From positions 10,966-74,965 of the forward strand of contig JAMDAA010000035.1 of assembly GCA_023484045.1 (NCBI GenBank): 64,000 bases of DNA. Direction: 5' to 3'. Every line of letters begins with the position of its first letter. Position 1 is the first letter of the stretch. The notes beneath the pieces were generated by a model that saw only the letters and a program-made list of their open reading frames with translations, made no database searches and was not told the DNA's origin. Positions 8,807-16,965 of this stretch are shown in pieces. This stretch comes from Patescibacteria group bacterium (GTDB taxonomy: Bacteria > Patescibacteriota > Microgenomatia > Levybacterales > UBA12049). The position numbers and the translations under genes were made by a program.

Positions 8807-8938
8807 AACTTTTAATTTTAAACTTCAACTTTGAACTTTGCACTTTGAACTTTTAATTTATTTTATAAGTATATCGTTAGCTTCTTGTAAAGTAAATATC
8901 AAGCTCCTTTACCTCTTTTTCTATAAACTGCGGGTGCT

Positions 8939-11575
8939 ATGAAAGAGGTTTTTAGGCCAACGCCCGAATTGACAAACAAGGCTCCGGTGCAATATTCTAG
9001 AACTGGAGATATTTTTATGGGGGAAAACAGTGGAGAAAAAAATCCTTCTGGACAGAACAATGCAGCTGAACAAGTCAAGACCCCAACCTCTCAGCAGCTT
9101 ATTGCTGGACTAGAATCTATGCACCCGGAAAATTGGGGGTTAAGAGAATCATTTATTCGAGGAAGAAAACAACTAGGTCCGGAATCGATTGTGGATCGAT
9201 TGGATCCGGTTGCTGCCTCAATTCTATCGATCGATCCCACAGGATTTCATGAAGATCCGATTGTAAATGCGATCAATTATTTACAGCTAGAAGCCAGAAA
9301 GGGGAGAGTCGATTTATCTACTTTAAGGGAAATCCGCGAACCGATTTTAAAAGATTTTCTCAGTCCTGATCGAAAAATAAGTTCTGCGGAGGCGACTGAG
9401 TTTTTAAGTAGGACAAGAGACATATTAACCTTGGCGCAAGGAATAAAAGAGCTGGAAGAAGAGGAAGAAAAAAAGGCCGAGGAGGGGAGAAAAAAAGCAG
9501 AAAGAGTAACTGAAGAAGAGAAACTTAAGGATTCAGAAGTGATCGAAAGACTATTTCAGGAAAACATGTTGCGGATTGAACAGCGTGAAATGACTACTCA
9601 AAGCCAGGCGTGGTTTGAAGAAACAACCATGATTAATAAGTTAATAAACTTGGCAGAAGATCTTGGAGATAAAGACCCGGGAGGTAAATTACGTCAACGG
9701 TTAGTCGCACAAAAAAACGTGCGCTTTGCCCTTCACGACATCAATTTCTATGCGCGGGCAGGAATCAAGGAAAATTTTCCCCACATGAGTGAGGCAGCAA
9801 ACCAAATCAATACAGAACATTTTTATTTGGTACACGCCTTGCCTGGCGTAGCGCCAGTTATGCGTATTTTTGAAGAAGAGTATTCTAAGGCAATCCAACA
9901 AACAGGAAGAATTACAGATATCGAGGTCCAAAAAGTCCGTGCCGATGTAGAAAAAAGGTTTAATACGGTAGCTACGATGTACGGTTTAACAGAGCCTCAG
10001 GCGAAAACAGCTTTTAGACTCGGAGAAAACCTATTTAATACTAAAACTCGTTTAGCAGTTTATATATCGCGTGGCGAGATTCCGCAAAATTTGGAGTATC
10101 TACGCACAGATCCTTGGAGTGAATTTGTGCGTTTATATTCTGCTTATGAATTTGAAGTTGGCAAATGGAGATCAATACCAGAAAGCGCAAAAGACTTCGC
10201 CCGATTTTTAGGTAAAACAGCCTTCGACAAAATTCTCAGTGTCCCCGATCACGATTCTTCAATATGGAGAACTTTTGGAATAATCGAAGGATTAAATCAA
10301 AAAGGATATTACAAGTGGGGTCTTTTTATGAGGTTAAAATTTGCTTATAAAGACAAAAAAGCCTTATACGGCGAGGATGGAAAATCGGGCGAAGATCGAA
10401 AAAAAATGGAGAAAAGAGCGGATGAATTAAGGGATGAAATTGTCCAGGATTTTTTGAAAGGAGGAGCATCAAGAGAAGAAGCGGACAAAATGGGAGACAG
10501 AAGAGTCGCGGGATACTGGAAAGACATGCAAAAAGAAATAGATACTAAAACGCATATGGGCAAAACTGGAGAAACCGGGGAGCCTCAACTTAAACAAGTT
10601 TTTAGAGAAGATATTCTTAAGGAAATTAATCATTATATGCCCGAAGAATTAGCGCGGGCATATTGGGGAGATGAGCAATTAGCGAATGTAATTAAAGAAT
10701 GCGGAGGGGCGGAAGTGTTCGGTGAATTATGCAACGAATTAACCCGGATTCGAGAAGAGGAATTAAGAGATGAAAAAGAAAGAGTAAAAGGTCTTAGCGC
10801 TGAGGATCGTGAAAAAAGACAAGACAATTATCAAAATTTTGACAGTAAGGTTACTCATCTTAAGCCAGAGCTTCGTAATCTTTATGCAAGGCTTCATGAT
10901 TTTTTTGAAGAAATAGATGGAAAAGATGGAAAAGGAAGAACAAGAATACAGATTCTCACAGATGAAGATGCAATTATTGGCGGAAGAAAAAATCCTTTGT
11001 ATGACAAAATTTGGTCTGAAAAAGACATGCCATTTGAAGAATTAGAAGATACTATAACACCTGGCTTTGTCGGCCATAAAACATTGGGAAGAAATTATAA
11101 TGATCATGCTGCAGCATTTGGTACCTTAGAAATACTTGAAGAGCTCGCAAAAAATCCAACAAATTTGGAAAATTTACAAAAACTCCACGGAACATTTTCA
11201 AAGTGGCTCGGTTTGGAAACTGAAGAAAAATTAATCGCCCAAATCGCAGAGTCCGTATTAAAATATCATGCCCAAGATGAAGCTTTTAGGCATTTAATGC
11301 CTGGAATTTCAAATCTTCTTGGCTGGGTCATAAGAGGTGGTTCTTCACCTGCGCGAAGAAGATTGGGGAAAAAAGGAGCACAATGGGATTCAGGAACATT
11401 AAATGATCAAATAAATGAAATGCAGGCAAAAGGGTTATTGAGCAAGGAAAAGGCAGATGAACTACGGCAAAAATTGCACATTGTATTTGGTTTTAGGATT
11501 CTACCCTTAGTTCAATTATTTATACTTACTATGGTTTTTGAGATTATCTACAGCCAGGGTCCCCAGAAGAAATAA
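8939..11575 (+). CDS. Large (878 aa) highly charged hypothetical protein with a single C-terminal hydrophobic segment
   Basis: Long intact ORF, rich in E/K/R with coiled-coil-like stretches. The C-terminus is ...FGFRILPLVQLFILTMVFEIIYSQ. No recognised catalytic motif. Confidence 0.5.
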   Translation: MKEVFRPTPELTNKAPVQYSRTGDIFMGENSGEKNPSGQNNAAEQVKTPTSQQLIAGLESMHPENWGLRESFIRGRKQLGPESIVDRLDPVAASILSIDPTGFHEDPIVNAINYLQLEARKGRVDLSTLREIREPILKDFLSPDRKISSAEATEFLSRTRDILTLAQGIKELEEEEEKKAEEGRKKAERVTEEEKLKDSEVIERLFQENMLRIEQREMTTQSQAWFEETTMINKLINLAEDLGDKDPGGKLRQRLVAQKNVRFALHDINFYARAGIKENFPHMSEAANQINTEHFYLVHALPGVAPVMRIFEEEYSKAIQQTGRITDIEVQKVRADVEKRFNTVATMYGLTEPQAKTAFRLGENLFNTKTRLAVYISRGEIPQNLEYLRTDPWSEFVRLYSAYEFEVGKWRSIPESAKDFARFLGKTAFDKILSVPDHDSSIWRTFGIIEGLNQKGYYKWGLFMRLKFAYKDKKALYGEDGKSGEDRKKMEKRADELRDEIVQDFLKGGASREEADKMGDRRVAGYWKDMQKEIDTKTHMGKTGETGEPQLKQVFREDILKEINHYMPEELARAYWGDEQLANVIKECGGAEVFGELCNELTRIREEELRDEKERVKGLSAEDREKRQDNYQNFDSKVTHLKPELRNLYARLHDFFEEIDGKDGKGRTRIQILTDEDAIIGGRKNPLYDKIWSEKDMPFEELEDTITPGFVGHKTLGRNYNDHAAAFGTLEILEELAKNPTNLENLQKLHGTFSKWLGLETEEKLIAQIAESVLKYHAQDEAFRHLMPGISNLLGWVIRGGSSPARRRLGKKGAQWDSGTLNDQINEMQAKGLLSKEKADELRQKLHIVFGFRILPLVQLFILTMVFEIIYSQGPQKK

Positions 11576-11605
11576 GTTATTAATTATAATTTTAGCTAAA
11601 AACTC

Positions 11606-13291
11606 CTATTGAAACCGAAATATTTGTCGGGCAGCACCCCACATGCCTGCTTTTTGAGTTGGGTTACCCGGTAAAGGAGTTCGAGACGCAGCAACTGCTT
11701 TCCCAGAACCACTAATTGCTCCTGTTCCAACCCCGAGCGCAGTAACAATCGGAGAAAGATCAACTTTAGGCGGCTTTAAGACTTGTTGCATATAAGTTAC
11801 TACACGTGGTGTAAGAAGTATAAATCCCATTCCGATTAAAGAACCGATTGGACCTACTTCTCCTCCAGTTGGATTTCCGATAAGCGGAGGTACAAACAAT
11901 GAACTATTTTTGTTAAAAATATTCATCATCGTGTTTCCTAATAATAGCATTGCAATTGTGGTAGGAAATGCTAATAGGTAAGAAAGCATGTAACGTAGCC
12001 AGCTTACAAACCCTCTTCCTCCGACAGCCGGGATAATCCCGGCTACGATCCAAAAAGGCGAGAGGGTAATACCGATTAGTATGGCGACATAAGCCATAAC
12101 AAGTTTAAACCAAAGTCTAAAAAGGGCCCAAAGGATCGCGATAAAAACAATAAGGAATACTAGCAAATAAGGGAGACCAAGTCTTAATGTAGATTGAGCG
12201 AGTCCATAAGAAACTAAACCCGCAGAGATACCGACCCCGGCTGAAATTAAAGGGGTTCCTATCATGCTCGATACTTTTGCCCCAGTTCCAATTCCGATAG
12301 ATGTACTAGCTATGTCGATTAACCAATTAAAAACATTATTTTTTAAACCACTTAATCCAGCAAATCCCTTCAGAAAATTAATAAATTCTGAGGGGCCCAA
12401 AAATGATATGACATTTTGATTTATGTCAAAAATCTTCCCCACAACCGCCGTAGCTGAACTGGCAATATTATTTGCCATTCCGGAAATATTTCCAATATTA
12501 GTTACACCTGGTCCATTACTAGTTCCACCAACAGCTTCTAAAACATTTCTCCCTTGTAAAATTGTTGGATTTAAATTGCTTACATCTATAGCTAAATTAG
12601 CGTTCGAGAATACCCCAAAAGTTAAATACATAAGTATCCACATAAGATCAATCAAAAACCCTGCAATAGCGAAGGAGAATGTAACCATGATGACACCGAT
12701 AATGATTCGCGGGATCTGGTTTTGTATAGTCATTACGGTTCGGGGATCAATTTTAACCCTCAACATTATCATTAATCCTATTATGATAAATATAAGTATA
12801 AAGACGAAATAAACCATATTTCGAAATATAACCCATAATTGCATTAACGGTTTTATGCTATCGAGACCAGTCGATGCATATACGGGTTTTGCGAGGCCAA
12901 AATTACGCGCCAAATAATTAAAATAATCACTTGTATGTATTGGTGGGGTATAAAGCGTTGCGATCATGTTCCCCATAACTCCGATCGCGCCTCCGCCGTT
13001 TTCGACAAAGCCGATTTTCCCAGTTTTTTGATCCACGCCTAAACACTTTTGATTTGGATTTACCGGATCGACACCTGTTAACTGACAAGTCATGGCAGAC
13101 ATAACTTCGATCATCGCATTTTGTGTCCAGGTATGAAGATTTTGGGGAATATCAGGATTAGTGTTAGGAGCAGCATATTGATTTTGTTGGTGTGTTTGTG
13201 ATTGGGCATATGACGGCGTGATAGAAAATAGAAGATAGAAAATAGAAGATAGAAAGAAAAGAGCGACGATATGGACAGTTTGTTTAAACAT
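11606..13291 (-). CDS. Polytopic membrane protein with signal peptide, possibly VirB6/TrbL-like
   Basis: 561 aa. Signal peptide, then a soluble domain of about 110 aa, then at least seven hydrophobic helices and a Gly-rich C-terminus. The architecture resembles VirB6/TrbL. The assignment is by context and topology only. Confidence 0.35.
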   Translation of the reverse strand: MFKQTVHIVALFFLSSIFYLLFSITPSYAQSQTHQQNQYAAPNTNPDIPQNLHTWTQNAMIEVMSAMTCQLTGVDPVNPNQKCLGVDQKTGKIGFVENGGGAIGVMGNMIATLYTPPIHTSDYFNYLARNFGLAKPVYASTGLDSIKPLMQLWVIFRNMVYFVFILIFIIIGLMIMLRVKIDPRTVMTIQNQIPRIIIGVIMVTFSFAIAGFLIDLMWILMYLTFGVFSNANLAIDVSNLNPTILQGRNVLEAVGGTSNGPGVTNIGNISGMANNIASSATAVVGKIFDINQNVISFLGPSEFINFLKGFAGLSGLKNNVFNWLIDIASTSIGIGTGAKVSSMIGTPLISAGVGISAGLVSYGLAQSTLRLGLPYLLVFLIVFIAILWALFRLWFKLVMAYVAILIGITLSPFWIVAGIIPAVGGRGFVSWLRYMLSYLLAFPTTIAMLLLGNTMMNIFNKNSSLFVPPLIGNPTGGEVGPIGSLIGMGFILLTPRVVTYMQQVLKPPKVDLSPIVTALGVGTGAISGSGKAVAASRTPLPGNPTQKAGMWGAARQIFRFQ

Positions 13292-13529
13292 TATCTAGTC
13301 GTCTCGCTAAGCGAGATCTTGCTCCACAAGACTAATATTAGTTTGATCTATTTATAAAATCTTGTCAAGCAGTCCTTCGCTCTAAGGCTTTGCGATTTGA
13401 AGCACGCTTTCGCGAATCTATGCGGACTTGTCCGCCGAAGGTCGCCCAGAATAATTTAATTTATCTTTGTTTTTAACTCTAACTTTCATGGGTGAATGTC
13501 GCCGTCGCTAAAGCTATGGCGACCGAAGG

Positions 13530-13616
13530 CGGAGGGAGGGAGATTCGAACTCCCGGTAAAGTTTCCTCTACACACGATTTCCAATCGTGCTCCTTAAACC
13601 ACTCAGACATCCCTCC
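13530..13616 (-). tRNA. tRNA-Ser (anticodon GGA), long variable arm
   Basis: Reverse complement folds as GGAGGGATGTCTGAGTGGTTTAAGGAGCACGATTGGAAATCGTGTGTAGAGGAAACTTTACCGGGAGTTCGAATCTCCCTCCCTCCG. Anticodon loop TTGGAAA. CCA not encoded. Confidence 0.85.
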
Positions 13617-13624
13617 TAGATTTA

Positions 13625-13852
13625 TTATAGTCCTAGTCTATTAAATAGAATTTCTTTTTGTTGACCTTTTTTCTTCAGTTCTAATTCTCTTTTCCTAGTT
13701 AAAGTGTAATTGCCGTAAGCTTCATAATAGACCAAATCAAAAGGTTTGTAAGATTTTGTTGAACGAACTCTTCCAGAGTTATGCTCGTTAAATCTATTTA
13801 CTAAATTTTTTGTTGATCCAATATAGTGCCAATTTTTATTTTTTGCTTTTGA
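13625..13852 (-). pseudogene. GIY-YIG nuclease domain fragment (UPF0213-type) lacking an N-terminal strand and start codon
   Basis: Own translation: KNKNWHYIGSTKNLVNRFNEHNSGRVRSTKSYKPFDLVYYEAYGNYTLTRKRELELKKKGQQKEILFNRLGL*. It aligns to the intact paralogs at 54177 and 54853 but has no ATG and misses about 20 N-terminal residues. Confidence 0.5.
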
Positions 13853-13877
13853 TTAAATATAGATAATACACAAACGA

Positions 13878-14393
13878 CTATTTTTTTGCTTTCAACCTAC
13901 GGTTGATCGCCCGCAGGGCGACTTGCCAGACTTGTTTATCTGATTTATAAGTCAGTCTTTTTTCGACTTCATGAATATCGAGCCATTCTACGTTTTCCAT
14001 TTCGTGATCGTGATTTTTCGTATCGCCGGACACGTACTGCATTAAAAAATAATACACGGTTTTTTTTATTTTCTCTTGCCCTGAGCCTGTCGAAGGGTTC
14101 CCCTCAAATTGATACCAATACGTAACCGCCGGTAACTCTTTTTCTATTTTCCCCAAAATTCCTGTTTCTTCCTCGACTTCCCGAACCGCGGCTTCTTCCT
14201 TTGTCTCTTTTTTCTCTTGCCCTGAGCCTGTCGAAGGGCCGATTAGTCCTTTCGGAAAAACCCAGCCGTGATGTTGTGAATGTTGCGCTACAAGAATCAA
14301 AATTTTGTTATTTTCTCTTTTATGGACTATTCCTCCGGCTGAAAATTCAAATTTCATAATTTTTTGCGTCCTCGAGAGGAATCGAACCTCCAA
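13878..14393 (-). CDS. NUDIX hydrolase carrying two in-frame copies of a 23-bp repeat element
   Basis: Nudix box GX5EX7REVEEETGI is present. Two insertions, at 14075-14097 and 14215-14237, encode (G/N)PSTGSGQEK. Confidence 0.8.
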   Translation of the reverse strand: MEVRFLSRTQKIMKFEFSAGGIVHKRENNKILILVAQHSQHHGWVFPKGLIGPSTGSGQEKKETKEEAAVREVEEETGILGKIEKELPAVTYWYQFEGNPSTGSGQEKIKKTVYYFLMQYVSGDTKNHDHEMENVEWLDIHEVEKRLTYKSDKQVWQVALRAINRRLKAKK

Positions 14394-14439
14394 CCATTAG
14401 GTTCGGAACCTAACGTTCTATCCATTGAACTACGAGGAC
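14367..14439 (-). tRNA. tRNA-Arg (anticodon CCG)
   Basis: Reverse complement: GTCCTCGTAGTTCAATGGATAGAACGTTAGGTTCCGAACCTAATGGTTGGAGGTTCGATTCCTCTCGAGGACG. Anticodon loop TTCCGAA. Confidence 0.8.
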
Positions 14440-14478
14440 ACTTCGTTGTACGCTCAGTGTAAACAAATATTATCAATG

Positions 14479-14501
14479 CTTGCCCTGAGCAAAGCGAAGG
14501 G
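14479..14501. repeat. GC-rich repeat element, short form, directly abutting the 3' end of tRNA-Ser(CGA)
   Basis: cttgccctgagcaaagcgaaggg ends at 14501. The tRNA discriminator base is at 14502. Confidence 0.7.
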
Positions 14502-14586
14502 CGGAGGGTACAGGATTCGAACCTGTGTAGGCCTTTCGGCCTCGAGTTTTCGAAACTCGTGCAATTGTCCGCTATGCGAACCCTCC
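14502..14586 (-). tRNA. tRNA-Ser (anticodon CGA), long variable arm
   Basis: Reverse complement: GGAGGGTTCGCATAGCGGACAATTGCACGAGTTTCGAAAACTCGAGGCCGAAAGGCCTACACAGGTTCGAATCCTGTACCCTCCG. Anticodon loop TTCGAAA. Confidence 0.85.
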
Positions 14587-14588
14587 TG

Positions 14589-14662
14589 CGTGCCTGGCGA
14601 GACTCGGACTCGCAACCTTTAGATCCGCAATCTAATGCTCTATCCAATTAAGCTACAGGCAC
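14589..14662 (-). tRNA. tRNA-Arg (anticodon GCG as read; could be an ACG-type relative)
   Basis: Reverse complement: GTGCCTGTAGCTTAATTGGATAGAGCATTAGATTGCGGATCTAAAGGTTGCGAGTCCGAGTCTCGCCAGGCACG. Anticodon loop TTGCGGA. Atypical T-loop TCCGAGT. Confidence 0.7.
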
Positions 14663-14772
14663 ATTTGTTCCAACCGTCTATCCATTGTCCGCTAAAGCGA
14701 GATCTCGCCTCTGGCGGAAACTACGGGCACAAATCAATTTGTATTTTAGCCGATTACAGTCTTTGAAGCAAA

Positions 14773-15300
14773 TTATTTAGACGCGGCGTGGGTTTTTTCA
14801 AGGGGAAAATTGCGCGTAAGCCAATCTCCGGATTTTTCCATAAAGGTCGGTTTTATTACTTCGCGGTAGGGAAGAAAGGGTAAAAGAACAGATCTGATAT
14901 GGTCTTTACTTATATCCCCAAGCGTAATAATAAGCTCTCCCGGCAAAAAAGCGCGAGTCCTGATATGTAAAACTTCGATCCCGTGAATTTTTCTAAAATA
15001 AAAATCATAAAGCTCCTGCCATAAATAAAAATGATCTTCAACGGTTACCCCCTCGCTACTTATTCTGTAATGGAAATTATACGGAGGGACAGTTGCCAGG
15101 GCAAAAGCGACAAAAACAAGTGACGCGACGATTCCCATTAATAAATATTGTGAGAATAAGAACAAAATGACTTCGATAACGAGCGCGAGTAAAATTACGT
15201 TTATATAATACTCCTTGCCTCTTTTTCTAAACGGTCTTCCCGGCGCAGACCAGGATAAAAGCGTTTTTACTTGATTCGGGGAAAAATCAGCATTCTCCAT
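14773..15300 (-). CDS. Hypothetical two-TM membrane protein
   Basis: 175-aa ORF with two adjacent hydrophobic helices after a basic N-terminus. Confidence 0.45.
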   Translation of the reverse strand: MENADFSPNQVKTLLSWSAPGRPFRKRGKEYYINVILLALVIEVILFLFSQYLLMGIVASLVFVAFALATVPPYNFHYRISSEGVTVEDHFYLWQELYDFYFRKIHGIEVLHIRTRAFLPGELIITLGDISKDHIRSVLLPFLPYREVIKPTFMEKSGDWLTRNFPLEKTHAASK

Positions 15301-15327
15301 ACATTTACTGTAGATGATTAAAATGTT

Positions 15328-15900
15328 TTAGTCAATGTTTTTTGTTTTCGAAATCAACATTAAATATTCTGTGTTTCCGCCTTTTTCGCCTTTTAACGGA
15401 GACTCTGTTATTCCTTTAATTTCGATCGGTAAATTAGCTAGATCGTTTTTCACTTTTTCGAGCGTGTTTTCTAAAAATTCGTCTTTGACTTTACCTTTTT
15501 TCCGCCATATGTTTTCGGCTTCGTACTGGGGTTTTACGAGTGAAATTATAATTCCGTCGTCTTTTAGAAATTCAAGACTTTTTGGAATTATTAATTTTTG
15601 TTGTGTCCAGCCGACATCGACCGAAATAAAATCGACTTTTTCGGGAAGGTCAGTATATAAAGCATTTGTGCGTTCCATTACGATAACACGCGGATCATTT
15701 CTGAGTTTCCACGCTAATTCGCCGTACGCAGTATCGATCGCGTAAACTTTTTTTGCGCCGTTTTGCAAAAGACAATCCGTAAACCCGCCGGTCGAACATC
15801 CCAAATCCGCGCAGATTTTATCTTTTACATCAACATTAAATTCTCTTAAAGCGTGCTCAAGTTTTAGTCCCGCTCGTGACGCAAATTTGTTTTCGTCCAT
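15328..15900 (-). CDS. tlyA: TlyA-family rRNA 2'-O-methyltransferase (FtsJ-like). Start trimmed to MDENK
   Basis: SRAGLKLEHALREFNVDVKDKICADLGCSTGGFTDCLLQNGAKKVYAIDTAYGELAWKLRNDPRVIVMER matches the TlyA/hemolysin-A methyltransferase core. Confidence 0.7.
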   Translation of the reverse strand: MDENKFASRAGLKLEHALREFNVDVKDKICADLGCSTGGFTDCLLQNGAKKVYAIDTAYGELAWKLRNDPRVIVMERTNALYTDLPEKVDFISVDVGWTQQKLIIPKSLEFLKDDGIIISLVKPQYEAENIWRKKGKVKDEFLENTLEKVKNDLANLPIEIKGITESPLKGEKGGNTEYLMLISKTKNID

Positions 15901-15958
15901 AGTTCTAATAATATCAGAAAAGATTGCAAAAATAGGAAAAAGGGATATAATCACATTT

Positions 15959-16825
15959 ATGGCAGCAGTTGCAGAGATTTTTGAGCCCTCAAGAATCGAC
16001 GTCGACACTGTTAGTTCCGGAATATTTAAAAGAAATCTTAGAAGAGCAGGTCATTTTACCCACGAAAATTTAAAAAAAGTTCTCCCGCTTGATCTTGTTG
16101 AGGAAACAGTCAGGGAGAGATCATTAAGGGTGCCTCTGCGATTTTTTAAAGCAAGCAAAGAAGAATTCGGAACCAGCGCGTTTTTTGAAGTGGCGGGAAG
16201 ATTTTTGTTTCCGCTCCAAGCCGGAACAGTATATTTTCTATATAGAACGATGGGAGATCTTCCCTTAAGCTCAAGATTGGAGATTCTCGTAGCGGCGACG
16301 GTCGCAGGCGAAGTCTCTACATACTTTGCAGAAAAGTATGCACTCGATCATGGGATATCGGCAAGCCTAAGAACACTCACAACCTACAAAAATTCAATAT
16401 CTGAAAAAGATGAGAAAGGGAATTTCGTGGAGAAAAACCTAGGTGAAGAAGAAAAAGAAGGAAAAAAACGCGTTGCAATATTTTCTTCAAAAACACTAGG
16501 TTTTTTAACAAGTTTCCCGGCATTAATAAATGCCGGAGCTGGGATTATGGGACCTTCAGGAGCTACAGAGTACTTAATTTACAGCCAGCTTGCGGGAAGA
16601 TGTGTTGGTACTCCCTTTTGGCTGGCTGCTCATCTGATAGCTGCAAATAAAGACGAGATAAAAGCGTTTGGGAAAAAGGCTATTAAAGAGATAAAAGAGA
16701 TGCCCGAAAATGTAAGAGCAGCTTCACAAAGAATCAGGAAGGACCTAGCGCCTGCAGTTTTGGACTCTCCGGGAAAAATTAAGGATACAATCGCGCGCGA
16801 AGGAGTTATTTTTCAAAGAGACTAG
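15959..16825 (+). CDS. Hypothetical protein
   Basis: ORF 15887-16825. Start moved to the internal Met to avoid overlap with tlyA. No recognised motifs. Confidence 0.35.
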   Translation: MAAVAEIFEPSRIDVDTVSSGIFKRNLRRAGHFTHENLKKVLPLDLVEETVRERSLRVPLRFFKASKEEFGTSAFFEVAGRFLFPLQAGTVYFLYRTMGDLPLSSRLEILVAATVAGEVSTYFAEKYALDHGISASLRTLTTYKNSISEKDEKGNFVEKNLGEEEKEGKKRVAIFSSKTLGFLTSFPALINAGAGIMGPSGATEYLIYSQLAGRCVGTPFWLAAHLIAANKDEIKAFGKKAIKEIKEMPENVRAASQRIRKDLAPAVLDSPGKIKDTIAREGVIFQRD

Positions 16826-16922
16826 CGCTTGCAACTTCAAATATCTCTTCTTCGATGCCTATTTAGTTTTGGTATCAGAACTATGATGTAGCAAGGTTGT
16901 TTATTGATACGTATTGATCTAC

Positions 16923-16952
16923 TTGACTGATAATATTTTAAGAGACTATAAA
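16923..16952 (+). promoter_or_regulatory. Candidate sigma70-type promoter (TTGACT, 18-nt spacer, TATAAA) upstream of the LTD gene
   Basis: Hexamers seen at 16923-16928 and 16947-16952, 13 nt before the start codon at 16966. Confidence 0.25.
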
Positions 16953-16965
16953 TTAATTAATTGCC

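Noticed and set aside
640-12812. Numerous ORFs of 60-130 aa on the opposite strand of long genes (for example 640-1017, 1390-1662, 5253-5435, 9701-9931, 10345-10563, 12423-12812)
   Set aside because: They are fully contained in, and antisense to, well-supported longer genes. They have low-complexity composition and no motifs, so I treat them as spurious.
14663-14760. Possible additional, degenerate tRNA downstream of tRNA-Arg(GCG) (begins GTGCCCGTAGTTTCC on the reverse strand)
   Set aside because: It resembles the 5' end of the neighbouring tRNA-Arg, but no complete cloverleaf or matching acceptor 3' strand could be assembled. It is probably a decayed partial duplicate.
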